64,000 nt of DNA from the NCBI GenBank assembly GCA_013265495.1, contig MU057984.1, positions 248,001 to 312,000 of the forward strand. The letters run 5' to 3'. The translations under genes and the position numbers were made by a program. The notes below the pieces were generated by a model, which was not told where the DNA came from, did no database searches, and saw only the letters and a list, made by a program, of their open reading frames with translations. Below are positions 13,851-26,919 of the stretch, piece by piece; within the stretch, counting starts at the first letter, position 1; the number at the start of each line of letters is the position of its first letter. The DNA comes from Vicugna vicugna (Eukaryota).

Positions 13851-14689
13851 CCTCAGAAGTTTTTTTTTCTTTTTTTTTGAGTAAATATTCCTCATGCTGT
13901 TTAAGTCTTTAAGCTCAAGCTTTGAAAATTTTCATATTGAGAACTTTTGGGAGTGTTTTTTTTATTGCTTTCAAGGAGGAATACATTTATGAAACCCTTT
14001 GCTCTACTATTCTGGAAATCCCAGATCTTCTGCCTCCTATTTTCCTTATTGTGTAACTATTTTATTGGTCACTTTGATAAAATGCCATAGGATTTTACCT
14101 GTATCTCAATTATATTCTCTGCTTTTTTATTTTCTCTTTCATATTAAGGAAGTTCCAACCTTCTATTACAAAGTAGTCTTGTAGCAATGAGATTAAATAC
14201 ATGTTAAAGGCTTTTAATAAAACAATATGAGGCATCATAAAAATGATTAATAGCAGCAATGAAAAATAGGACAAGGGAAAGATATGAAAAGAATATACCA
14301 AGTTTGAGTTGTTAGAAGATTGTCAAAGTGGAGGTGTACAGCAAGCAGTTGAAAACGAGGGGCTGAAGCTAACACATCTTGTGTGAAAGTATGAATTTGG
14401 CATTTGTAACTAAATGATAGTTTGAAGCCAAGAAACTGCCAACTGGGATGCTATACAGAAGTAAGAAAGCTTTAGAAGATGGAAATTTGAATTAAAAAAA
14501 TTAGGTTAGAGGAACAAAAGAACCAGATAAGTAACAAACAAGTAACAATGGCAGGGAAATAAGGAATGCAGAATGATACAAAATAAATGGTGAAGAGTGT
14601 TAAGAAGGCAGATGGACAGTGCCAAAATCCTACAGTTGTTGAAGGAGTCAAAATAGCTTCCTTGATGCTAAGGCAGCTCAAAGAATATA

Positions 14690-15240
14690 GTATGACTGAT
14701 TAGTGTCTTTTCTTCAAATTCTACCTAGCTGACTAACCTGTTTTCCCTTCTGCTACTACTGTTGTTTGATTTGCCTGATTGATTATGTGCTTAGCAACCC
14801 CAACCCTGTGACTTATGCTTCACCCTAAATAATTTGCACCTAAAGCCAGAAGCTATGTTCCAGGAAGAATGTCACAGAATGATAACCCTAGGAAAATGAT
14901 CAGATCTTCCAGAAGGCCCTGGGACACCAAACGAATTAGATCAAGATAGGCAAGGCTGTGGGCAGATGACCCTTGGGTGGACCACCTGAAATTCTTGCGA
15001 TGCCTGACGAACTCTTGCAAAAGAACAGTGTTGGCTGATATCACTGCTGCACCCCGTCCCGTTTGCCTACATAATCACCAAGCCCCAATCGCAAGATGGG
15101 TTCACAGTCTTTAAGGCATTAGTCTGCTGTGACTCCTTTTGCCCAGTAAAGTAATAAAGCTGCTATTTTCTTCACTCCCAAACTTTGCCTCCGAGTTTGA
15201 ATTTGCTTTTCGGGGTGCAGAGGCCAATTATTTGGTAACA
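14690..15240 (+). mobile_element. ERV solo LTR (5' boundary approximate)
   Basis: AATAAA followed by U5-like 'tgcctccgagtttgaatttg...gcagaggccaattatttggtaaca', ending in CA. Confidence 0.75.
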
Positions 15241-16559
15241 TTTTGAGATAGACAACATGGGAAAAGAACTAACTTTTCTTGACCAAAAGTCATGGGTGAT
15301 CTTCGTGGCAGCAGTGTCAACAACAGTAAAGGAGCCCCAAATGGAAAACCATGAAATAAGAAGTGATCATGTAAATACTGCTTTTTCAAGAAGTTTAGCA
15401 ATCACAGAAAATAAAGAAGATAATAGTTGAAAGAGTATTGTTAGAGACAGGTTTTCTTTTACAATGGAAAATTTTGAGAATATTTATAGATTAAGAAAAA
15501 TAATCCAACGAAGAGGAAGGTATTGAAAGTGAGAGAAAGGGGTAGAGGGTGGGGAAGAACATGAATTGGCCCTGAAGGCACAGAAGTCAACTTCATTTTA
15601 CACATCAAAGAATGAAGATGCAGAATCAGAAGCATCTCAGTGGTCTCAAAGCAAGTACATGATGAAACCTGACATTCTAAAGCAAAGATTCTCAGCCTAG
15701 CCTTTCTCCTCAGCAGCATCTCAGTTGCCTCCTGATTGAATTTCCATTGAAATACCAGCACTAAACTAAACATTATGAATGAAAAGAAATGGAAAATTGG
15801 TAATGCTCATTAGTATGTGTTGATGAAAAACAATGGTGATTTTCAAATTAAGAGAGGTGATACTTTATTGAGTCATAATGTCTCTAGGAATAAATGTTTT
15901 TTAGGTCTTAAATATGTTCCTGTTCTTTACAACTGTTGGTGCTCTTTAAATATAGACATAGGGAAGAACTGGAATAGATGAACAGTATTATTAATACTTT
16001 AATGAAATAATATTTAATGAACTGAATACATAATATCTTTAATTACAGAAAGGGCCTCACTGAATATTTACATTCTAAAAGTAAAATAGCCAGATTCTTC
16101 AGTTTTATTTGTGCATTAAAATGACAGAAATAAAGACTTTATTATTTCTTGGGAGAATAGTTCTGTTATGAATAGAATTCTACTTCTATATTTATTTAGA
16201 AAAATACCGTTAATGTAGCATAATTATTATTCTTAAAGACCTACATTTTAAAAAATGCATTCATTCAAAAAGAATAAAATTTAAAAAGCCTACAGACATC
16301 ACCCTTTCCCACAACAAAATGAAATAAATAATGTTATGAAGTTAGAGAATTTTTTCTTTAACCTGTTTTCATCCAACTCTTAAGACAGGATTCCTTGCTC
16401 ATCAGTAAATTCCGGAAAGGGAAAGGGAGTGGTGGAAAAATGATTTTTTCCTTATTTATAGCAAATCCACATAGTCATGATTTTTTCCCCTTCTCTTTCC
16501 TTTCCTTTTTCTTCCCTTCTCTCCTTCCTTCCTTCCATGTGAAATGTCACCCATTACAT

Positions 16560-17110
16560 TTGTGTCTGTTCATTAAACAAATCTTCCTTGAAAAGCTATT
16601 ACATGCCTGATACTATGATTTATGCTAGGTATCAAAATATGTATAGGAGAGGCATGCCCTTTTTTTCACAGTTTATAATCTGGCAGAGAACAATAAATAG
16701 ATAACAGCAATACGATGTAATGTACATGATAGTGGGACAGGTAAAAAAAAATGCCATGGAAACATATGAAAGGCATCTAATTCAGGTTTATGAGGATCAA
16801 GAAGGATTCTTTGCAAAGTGGCATCTAAGACTTAACTTAAAGAATGAGAAGAAGACAGACACAGCGAAGTGGAAGGCAGGGAATTGGATACAGATTTCCA
16901 GGAAGTAGCAAAAGGCAATACTATATACAACGGCCTAAGTGTGGCTGGAGCCAGGAGTGGTATGAGATGCAGCTGATCAGATGGATTTCTGAAAGATGTA
17001 AAAGCCACTTCAGGGTGCATGGACTCGATCCTGAAGGCAAGATATGACACTGAAGAGTTTTAGCTGGGGATTGACAAGATGAGATTTTCACTCATAGGAT
17101 TTACTCCCTG
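16560..17110 (-). mobile_element. L2 relic
   Basis: 'ttcattaaacaaat' end motif followed by a purine-rich L2-like body. Confidence 0.55.
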
Positions 17111-17317
17111 TGCAATCCAGTAAGGAAAGAAGAAGAAAATCAACATACACAGTTTTCAAGATTGCCCAAAAAAGCAGAGGGCAAACCCAGAGAATTTCCA
17201 AACTTCTGAAGTTCTGTCTAAAACTGAATTCAGGCAGCTGTGATGGATGGGTATTTTAAGTGTCTTTGAGGATTCTATAAATAAATGCAAGAGTGGGGAA
17301 TAGAAAAATTTATTTTC

Positions 17318-17413
17318 CAGAATATGAAAATGAATAAATGTATGTATATGCATGACTGGGACACTGTGCTGTACATCAGAAATTGACACACTGTAACTAA
17401 CTGTACTTCAGTA
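17318..17413 (+). mobile_element. Very short young L1 3' end with 14-bp TSD
   Basis: 'gtatatgcatgactgggacactgtgctgtacatcagaaattgacac...cttcagt'; TSD aaaaatttattttc at 17304-17317 and 17414-17427. Confidence 0.85.
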
Positions 17414-17870
17414 AAAAATTTATTTTCTGATTTGCTTAAGCAAATCAAGTGAGGAGGGACAAGTACAAAACTTCATAAAAAATAAAGATATAAATAATTT
17501 TGCATTTCTTCACATTCCCACTATTAATCACACTGGTAAATGACAGGATACACTTTTGAAATTTCAGACCAACAGGTATCATATTACAATTTTAAAAGCT
17601 GTTTAAAAGGTTTTTTTGAAAATATCTTTTATTATCATGTATAATTTCTTCAACTGAAAATAATATGACTCAAATAAGTAGATTTTAATGTGTTTTATGA
17701 TTATATTCTAATACTTAGATATAAAACTTGTTTGGTGCTAACTCGACTTTATAATTTAAATGACATTTAAAAGATGTTGGACTAATAAAAAGGAGAATTC
17801 TATCTCCTTATGTGACACTGCTTCACCAAGTTAAGTAAAATTAAATGTTTTAAAAATTTCATATAATTCA

Positions 17871-18389
17871 CAGATCATTGGATAAATAAGTTGTGATTTT
17901 ATACACACACAGACACACAAAGACACAGACACACACACACACAATGGAATACTACTCAGCCATAAAGAAGAATGAAATAATACCCTTTGCAGCAACATAG
18001 ATGGACCTAGAGATTATTACATCAAGTGAAGTAAGTCAGACAGAGAAAGACAATATCGTATGATATCACTTATAGGTGGAATCTAAAAAAATGAGACAAA
18101 TGAACTTATTTACAAAACAGAAACAGACTCACAGACATAGAAAACAAACTTACGGTTACCAAAGGGGAAAGGAGGGGGAGGGATAAACTAGGAGTTTGGG
18201 ATAGCAGATAGAGACTACTATATATAAAACAGATAAACAACAAAGTCCTACAGTATAGTACAGTGAACTATAGTCAATGTCCTGTAATAACCTATAATAA
18301 AAGAGAATATAAAAAATAATATATATATGACTGAATCATTATGCTGTACATCAGAAACTAACACAACATTGTTAACTATAATTCAATTT
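17871..18389 (+). mobile_element. Artiodactyl-type L1 3' end with 19-bp TSD
   Basis: 'aatggaatactactcagccataaa...gatggacctagagatt...cagactcacagacatagaaaacaaact'; TSD aaaaatttcatataattca at 17852-17870 and 18390-18408. Confidence 0.93.
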
Positions 18390-18467
18390 AAAAATTTCAT
18401 ATAATTCAGTATACTCCTTCTGAAAACACTTTCATACTAAAAAAATTTAAAAAATAAAAAAACTTAC

Positions 18468-18638
18468 CTTAAATGTTAGCATGGTCAATGTGTAATTGGG
18501 CACCATTATGGATATATTTGTTTTTTCCCCCACTTGACAGTTGACAGTGATGTGATCCAAGGCCAAGGGTCTTTTTCCAATCCCTTTTATGTCAAAGACA
18601 TGTTCCATACCATCTTCATTTTGTAGAATAAGTTTGCC
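18468..18638 (-). CDS. CFAP47: CFAP47 internal exon, 171 nt: GKLILQNEDGMEHVFDIKGIGKRPLALDHITVNCQVGEKTNISIMVPNYTLTMLTFK
   Basis: Acceptor atttgtcacag|GGC, donor AAG|gtaagt; phase 0 to 0; lies within ORF 18447..18656. Confidence 0.94.
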
Positions 18639-19235
18639 CTGTGACAAATCAGCCAAATTTCAGCTCTACATGAGTCACAGTTAGATGGCAAACAACCTCT
18701 TCTATCCTATTAATCTTGAATCTGATTAATGAAATGAGCTTTCAAGGAGGTGCTAGCCATTGACGTTTCCAGTTTATGTTTAAATACTTCTACTGAACAA
18801 ATTAAGATGAATTTCCTATGAAAAGCTCTTTATTTCTCTTTACTTTCTCTAAGTGACAGGGTTTAATAGGCATTCTCATACATAGCAATTACATGCCTAT
18901 TTACATCCTTGTCAAAGAAATATGTCTTAAAATGTTTGTTAAAGTACAAATTTCCTTACTGAATAACAAAGTAATGATCTTACTTTGTTAAATATGCTGT
19001 GTTAAAAAATAATCTAGATGTACGTATTGACAGCCAATGACATTCTGATTTTCAGAATATTTATTCCTCACATTAAAACATTTAATAAAGTTCCAAGCAG
19101 AGTAAACACTAATGATCAAATTCATGGAAAATACAACTTTTCTGCAAGAAAATTTATCATAAATCATATAGGTTAACATCATACACTGGATTACTGACAC
19201 ATTAAAGCTGAGGAAAATAATCAGTGAGTTCATAC

Positions 19236-19379
19236 CATAATCACACATTCCAAAATAGGTTTGAATGTGAGTGGATAATGTGCAGTTTCACCTGGTCCAA
19301 CATGTAAAACAGGAGGTCCATAAAACCATTTTCCTTCTATAGTAACTTGATATTTCCATTCATTATTTGTTTCATTATT
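19236..19379 (-). CDS. CFAP47: CFAP47 internal exon, 144 nt: NNETNNEWKYQVTIEGKWFYGPPVLHVGPGETAHYPLTFKPILECVIM
   Basis: Found by manual reading. Acceptor ttttcatactttag|AAT, donor ATG|gtatga; phase 0 to 0. Confidence 0.92.
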
Positions 19380-20309
19380 CTAAAGTATGAAAATAAAGAC
19401 AGAAAAGTATCAGAGGGATGATGCTGATGAAGGTGAATTACATAATAATTCTTAATACTTTTAATAAAATTAGATATTGTATTTCTGATTCTTAAGAATC
19501 AACATTTGAAAGTCATATTCATTAAGAACAACTATCAAAAATATGAACATAAGGGATAAGGATGACTATATGCCCTTTCAGTGTCATACAGGAGCACTGC
19601 CTAACAGGTTAATCCATAAATTTTTTATTACCTAGAGGGATATTCCTTTGTTTGACTTACTGATCATTGTTAAAATCATAAAATGGTCCTGGTGCTTCAC
19701 ATTCCACTTCTAATTATGTAACCTAAAGTGTTCTAACAGATTGCTCAAATAGCAAAGCTTACACATCCCATGAGAACAAACTGTTATGTTTTGAAGATTT
19801 TTGTTATATCTTTAATAACAGATGAAAAACAATTTTTCAGTCTAAAAATTCAAAAGTCCTTATAATTATATTACCTTCATCTATGCTGTATTATCACTGA
19901 CTAATAGAGAGCCAAGCTACAGTCAATCACTGTTTTCAGTGTCTATGAATCCATCTTAATCAAGTGTAAGATTACAACTGAGTCTGGAGCAGAGCGATCT
20001 GAGAGACCACGAATCTGCTCAGTGGAACCACAAGGCATGGCTTTTGAGTAGGAATTTGATGACAGGTTAAGGAAGTTAGAATTTATTTTTTAAGCAAAGA
20101 GATCCAGCAGAAGTGATTAATCAGGTGAGTAATATGGTAACATTTATATTCAGGAACAAAACTGTGACATCAATAGGGAGAAACAAATGGCAGCACACAA
20201 TGCTATTAGGAAGTGGCAATAGTTCAGATGAGGGGTCGGAAGGACTTTAATTAGACAGACAGTGGCAATGGGAATGAAGAAAAGTACCAAAAAAGAAGTT
20301 TGAACTTAC

Positions 20310-20506
20310 TATTGGAATATTGTAGGTAAGGGCTTTAAATGCTGGTGTTTCAAAATCAAATCTGGCCTCTGCACGTTCTTTATTCACCACACCTTCAATG
20401 CAATAGACACGCACATCATACTTTGATGTCAACAAAATTTTACAAGGGTAGCGTCCAGGATAGTCAGGAATGAAATATAAAGGAACTGGAACATATTCAT
20501 CTGCAG
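20310..20506 (-). CDS. CFAP47: CFAP47 internal exon, 197 nt: (A)ADEYVPVPLYFIPDYPGRYPCKILLTSKYDVRVYCIEGVVNKERAEARFDFETPAFKALTYNIPI
   Basis: Acceptor ttgttctgatag|CT (an alternative in-frame CAG would start the exon at 20500), donor ATA|gtaagt; phase 1 to 0. Confidence 0.93.
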
Positions 20507-22839
20507 CTATCAGAACAATTAAAAAATGGTTTAATCACATTTAATTGTATACTTCCTAAAATTCATTTTGAAGTAAAGCAATATTTAATATCATTGTATT
20601 TAATTGTATTATATAATCTAGAAGAGACTTGGTTCTAACAAGGTAACACACTATCCCTAAATCTCCTGGGCATTACAAGCAAGTTTATTATTATTTTTTA
20701 AATCAATGACAGAATATATCCTGCATAGGTCACAGGAAGGTGTGCTCCCTAAAGCCACTGAAGGACCCACGCTGTGAAAGATACCACAACCTTTCAGCGG
20801 TACTACCAGGAACATCTCTCCTTCTTTGTTGACAGGTTTGGGGAAGAAGAATGGCTGGAAGTTTCCTCAAGGATTTCCAGTGCTCAGCCCAAAAGCAATA
20901 CATATTCCATTTAACTAGGCAGAACAAACCACATAGTTCTAGCTTAGCCTGCAGGGGCTGAGAACTGAGAGATATATGGAATATTTGGTAAGCATTATTA
21001 ATCTGCCACCTTTCTATGACTTATGGATGCTCAGTCCCATAGCAATCAAAATAATTTGCAACTTGACCAGCATATAGAAATACTTTTTTCATAGTTAATA
21101 ACCACGGGAAGCCAAAGAGGCATGTCCAATGAATATTTCTCCTATCACTTTGTTATACCATTTAGCATAATTAATAGCTAATATCATTTCTTATGGTGGG
21201 CAGGCTATCCATGCTGGTCCTTCCTTTCCAAGGAACACAACTTTTTCTCTGAAGGTCACCATTTTCTTTTTTCCATGAAATGAAAAAGTTATAAAACACT
21301 CTCAACCCTAAAGGAGGATGCAGTATAAGAATGTAATACAAATTTCACTGCTAAAGCCAATGTATTTGGGTAATAGATGAGAAACAAGTGATAAAAGTTT
21401 CTTAGAAATCTAATTCTGTGCAAGGAAATTCTCTGAAACCAGGAAAACAAATCAAGCTTATCAACCAATGAATCAGACAAGTATTACATTAACTGGCTAT
21501 AATTTTAATTCACTTACATTGAACACCTCAAATGGTAAAAATGGCAAACCTGTTTTCAAATACACTGAAGTCTATATGCCAAGAAAACCAGTCATTTCTG
21601 CAAGAACATTAACTGCTTTAAATCATTTTGAAAACAAATTGAGGATCTGTATATGTATGTTATAAGTTATATGTTCTGTGGTATATAATATAAAAAATAT
21701 TCATTATATATTACATAGAATATATTTTGTGTTGTATATTGCTGTGTGTCATATATTATGTTCTGTACAATGCTATATATTGTATATTAAAAAACACTGA
21801 CGGTGGATCACATTTGAAATCTATATTACAGCTAACCAAAATCGAAGATTCTCACCTCGTCTAAGGAGGAAACAAAGGCACATAAGAATGTTATTTTTAT
21901 TCTACCTTATTCAAGTACAAATCTAATTTTAGAATAAATTTTTTTCTCATCAAAAGGACTCAAGGCACATTTTAGCCTCTGCTGTTCACTGATAACTTTC
22001 ATTCTGAGCGTAGTATCTGAGTTGTGGCAACACTGTTAGAATAAACCAGGTGAGATAATTATTTGATTAAAATTTGTTGCTTTAGTATCAGAAAGGAAGA
22101 AACCCCATTTTTCTCTTGCATGAACAGACTGAAATAAAAATATTTAGATTAGGCAATTTAAATAAAATTAAACTGCTTAGAATAAGAGATTTAAGCAACT
22201 CAGCAGTAATTATTATTTTCATCAAAGATAAAGAATAATCAGCCATTTAATAGTAAACAATAATTGAAATGCATGAGCTCATGTATAAAGCTTCTAAAAA
22301 AAGCTTTACATTATACACCATTTTCTTTTCCTTAAAAATATTCATTTTCTAAGGATACGGAGTCTGAAAGTGAAAGCCAAGGACAGTCTTAAGTGTCCAC
22401 TTTCCAACTCATGAAATGTTCATGAGCCAAGACGCTAAGGAATACACAGTGCTAGCTCCCTCCCTTCCAAGTTCAAAAGTAAATCATCCTAAGAGTGAGA
22501 TTCATGAAAATAATGGTTTTATTTTTGAACATGTATTGCTAAAACAATATTTGTTCATTTTTCTTTAACATCTGAAATAATTTAATTAATTCATGCTAGG
22601 AATGTAAGTAAGTAAGAGTATAATCATATAATTCTGAATTATACGATAGTTTAATAACAAGAAGCTAATTCTAGATTAAGGCAGTCATCAGTCAGTATCT
22701 ACATCCCCTTAGATATAAAATAGCAGAGGTAGAGACTAGCTTCATATTTATAAACTTGGAAATTTTCCTGGCCACACTGGGCGACCATAACATCATTCTC
22801 TTTTAAGGACATGTTTTCTCAAAGTCCTTTCCAACTCTG

Positions 22840-23303
22840 CACTGCAGCAGATGTCGTCCATGCCCTGCCAGGTCCCCTTAGCATTAAAATCCTCCCTGCA
22901 GGCCAATGGCTTTATGGAAAACAGCTCCTTTCTCCTCGAGGGCTTTCTCTGGTCTTAGGAGGGTGCTTAACTCCCTGCACGATCAGGCAAGGAGTGACAG
23001 TTAACGCCTGCAACTGTAGTCCTCAACAAATAATGTATCAAAGTGGTGGAAAAATAACCCAGCCTTTTTTGCTCTTTGGTTGGAATAACGCTGAGGTGAA
23101 TTCTACACCAACTTGTAGAGATACCCAGTGCAAGTGCACCCGAAGCACTCACAGTGGCAACTGCTCGTTAACACTCCCTGAACTGGCTTCTCTTTGCTGA
23201 CTCTTACTCACACTCCTGCGTACGCTTCCTGAGATCACCTCTCAAACTATTGGCTCTCAAGGTCTGATCTCAGGGTCTGCTGTTGGGGAGCCCCAGTCTA
23301 ACA
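22840..23303 (+). mobile_element. Old ERVL-class LTR (LTR16-like)
   Basis: Ends 'gcttcctgagatcacctctc...ctcagggtctgctgttggggagccccagtctaaca'. Confidence 0.65.
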
Positions 23304-24264
23304 CATACCCTTAGACCAAGGAAAAAGAGCTTCTTGTCATGGGCCTCATGCTTTATAGAGCCTTACTCTGAATCTCCTCTGGCACTCTCTCCATGTGCAA
23401 TGGAGCAAGCGGGCCCAATGGGACAGGCCTTCATGGAGCCCAGCCCCGATCCACGTTCCAAGTTCATGGGATGCCACTATTCACAATCCAAAGTGCTTTG
23501 AGTCCCTTTCCATTGCCTGCACAGAATTCTTCCTCATGTCAGTCCTCCTGTTGGAAGACTCCTAGAATTGAAGAATAACTGAAGAGGTGCCTATTCAGGG
23601 GAAGATGTAGACCAAGATTATGGGGCCTGAGGTACTCACCAATTTGTACAGGAGACCCCTTACGGTACACGTTAGAGTTCAAGGGAGGAAGAGAATAGGG
23701 TGGGCACCTGGCCGAGACCCAGCTATCCTGGGTTGTCATAGTCTAGTACAAATCTCTGAGGAGGCCAAGAATTCTAAATTCAAACTTAGTCTTCTAGGTT
23801 GATATAAAGCTATATTTGCCAAGGTGGGATAACAGACTATATTCTATTGAAAAATTTGTTAGTTTGATTTACCAATTTTAAAATTTAGGCATATGGTATA
23901 TGGGCTTCCATCTGCACTGTTGGCTTGGGCACTACAAATGTTAGGGACAATCTGGACTTGTCCCTTCCATCCTTACTCTACTAGACATAGCTAACTTGGG
24001 GCCTTTTCTTTACAGTTGATCCTGGTAACTGCAGGAGTTGCTAGCGCTTTGTAATTAAAGATCACCAAATATACCTAAATTTAACAGATTACAGTTACTA
24101 AAGAAAATAAAGGAACATAAAGAAAGAATCCAATGACAAAATATTTAATTTTGCCTAACATTAGCTACTGGAAGAAGTCAGTGTGATCTACAGTTTTTGA
24201 AATAACCTATAAAAATGTGCAATCTCAGATCCTAGAATAGGTCATGTTTGGGACAGTAAGTCAA

Positions 24265-24685
24265 TACTGCTGTTTTGGTCAGCTTTCACAACACAACCTA
24301 CCACAAAACTTAGTGGTTTAAAGAAACGACCATTTATTTGCTCATGATTTTGTGGCTTGACCTCATCTGGTAATGCTTATTTGCTTTATGTGGTATTGGC
24401 TGGGCTCACTCATGAATTGGGATCTCAACTGGGAATTCTTTCCATGAGATCTCTAACCTTCTATGAGATGAGCACAATACTTTTCATATAATACACAAGA
24501 ATTACCAGTAGCAAAAGAATGAGAGCTCTATCTACAAATGGTTATCATATATCTGCTTCTTTCACATTCCTTAATAATCCAGTGGCCAAGGCAAGTCCCA
24601 TGGCCAAGACAAGGGTGCGGAGACAACATAAAAGGTGTACAGGCAGATATGATCCACCTGGGCGTTTACTGAAACAATCTACCAT
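24265..24685. mobile_element. MaLR (MLT1-like) LTR relic
   Basis: 'taccacaaaacttagtggtttaaag...catttatttgctcatgatt' and 'gccaaggcaagtcccatggccaag...caatctacca'. Confidence 0.7.
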
Positions 24686-25469
24686 GTCTTAATTGCAAAG
24701 TAAGATGCATGTATAAAACTGGTGAGGTGAAAGGTACAATAAACTGAGAGTTAAAAATTCTGTTTTCTAGTTTTAGTTCCTTTTCTATATGGTGTGATCT
24801 TTGGCAAACAACTTAAAAGTTTGTTTTAGAACTCAAGTTCTTAGTCTGTTTAAATTAAGGAGTGAGATTTGATGAGTAGCTTTCAAACATTTTATTTTTT
24901 GGCTTGGGGGTACTGGGTCTTAATAATACCCAAGACAGAATCTCAATATATAAAACTAATTAATCTAAAGTCGAACCTGTTGAAGTTAGAAGCGAGAAGC
25001 TCCCCCACACTTCCACAGACCCCCCTACAGACAAATAAAAGCACTTTAGAAGAATGTTAGGGCTCTACAGAATATAATTTGATTAAGTGATCTCTTAAGT
25101 TTTTCCTGCCTTAACATTCCATGATCATATGAAAGTACATCAGAAATGTGGATGAGATTAAGGAATAGAGTAAACTGGTCTTATCTCCTATAGCTTTTTA
25201 TTTAGGTATATCATTAGCAAGTAACAGTCAGAAATTCTTAATTCAGAAAATGAAGTATCAAGAGAATAAATAACCATATTTATGATATGAATTCATTTAT
25301 AAAATGAATTTATAATGGAGATTTACTAGTTGTAAATTAATGTATGAGTAATTATATTTTCAGATAATTTTTAGGCCTATATGCTAATCCCACTTCCATC
25401 TACTATTGGAAAGTTTCAGTGTAGATTTTCTCCCTATTGCACAAGTAAAGTACAGTGCCAACTGGTGCC

Positions 25470-25981
25470 TGCTGAGGACCTGAGGCCCCCAAACTTCCAG
25501 CCCTTAGGCATCAGCCTGATCCTCTTCAGAAGATAAACTCCTGATAACATGTGTTTGCCATAGCACAATTAACAGCCCCGGGAAATGGCTAGCCTCACCG
25601 TAGCTCAGGCTGACTTGTCTCAGTCCATGTCTCCTCCTTATCAGAGTCATAAATTCTACTACCTTGCTTGTGTCAGCCTACATCTCCGTCTTATTGGAGT
25701 CATAAATCCACTATCCTCCCATATACCAGAGCCCCTCATCTCACTTATAGCCAATCAAAAATCTGTTCCCCTGTCCCTTTGTGTTCACAGCCCCATCCCC
25801 ATTAAAAGACCCTGCATGTTCACACTCGGTGGACACACAGGCACCTCTTGTCTGTGTGGCCCACTGTTGCCTATAGCAGCAAACCTATTAAACTTTCCTT
25901 TATTCTTAAACTTTCCCTTGCGTTTGGTAAATTCTTTTTACCAACCCACGTCACCTGCCCACTACCAAGTGTTCCCCAACA
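25470..25981 (+). mobile_element. ERV solo LTR
   Basis: TG...CA termini with imperfect inverted ends (tgctgagga / tccccaaca), CCAAT, ATTAAA and 'ggtaaattctttttacc' U5 motif. Confidence 0.8.
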
Positions 25982-26479
25982 TAAAGGACCAAATCACATG
26001 ATAATTGGAATTTGACGCATTTTAGTTACTTCACTATGTTCTTTTTAGCATATGAGCATCTGCCTCACAAATTCCCTGGCAAAGTAAGTAGTTCACTGTG
26101 TGCTAATGATTTCTCTTAACTGAGTTTACCCATTTAATATCAAAAACAATAAGTGTGCCAATAGATTTCATATAAAAAAAGAATAAAGTTTACCAATTCC
26201 AAATTTTAGGGTGTGCTTGATTTATTTTGTAAAACTTTTTCATTAGTATCATCCACTCAGGTAAAAACTATTTTCTTCAATGGCTGAGCTACTAAAATTG
26301 TCAAATTAATTCTACTTCTGAATAAAATAACAATAATTTAAAATGATAAAGACCCATACTAATTAATGACATTCAATTTTTGAAATATTGGTTAAAATGG
26401 GTCTTAGCACTTCAAAAGAGGCTGGCTGAACTACTTTGGCTTTTCTATCACCAGGAAGAGCTAAAACAACATAATATTT

Positions 26480-26610
26480 AAGGGAGAAAAGAAAGAGAGC
26501 GCTAGGAAGAGAGAGAAAAATGGAAAAAGGAAAAAAAGAAGAAAGGAAGAAGGAAAGGGGATATAAATAAAGGAGAGAGGAAATGTAGAACTGAGGAAGG
26601 AAAAAGAAAA
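26480..26610. repeat. GA-rich low-complexity tract
   Basis: Read directly from the sequence. Confidence 0.8.
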
Positions 26611-26919
26611 TCTGGGGGATGCTAAGAGACTGGCATGTGACCTTCTTTGCTAACCAACTCCAAATGGCTGAGAATACCGGGTTTGCCTCCCCATGAACTT
26701 TCTAAGTATCTGCAAGCAGAAAAGACTGGTGTGCAGTTCCCTAGCATATGTTGCTGAAAGGCAGTACGTATACATCCCCCAGGTGCCCTAAAGCACAGGA
26801 AAAAGACCACAGAGAGATATCAACATGCTATAATAAGTAAATGGGAGGAATTCCCAATTATTTCCAGCACAGTCAAGCTGGGCTTAATAGGTTTAGGAAT
26901 ATCTAAACTTATCTGGTCA

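Noticed and set aside
19286..19296. Internal donor CAG|gtgaaa in the 144-nt exon
   Set aside because: It would give an 88-nt frameshifting exon and remove the conserved YPLTFKP motif.
21990..22140. Strong minus-strand acceptor tttttatttcag as an extra exon in the long intron
   Set aside because: All three frames hit stops, and the flanking exons already join in phase.
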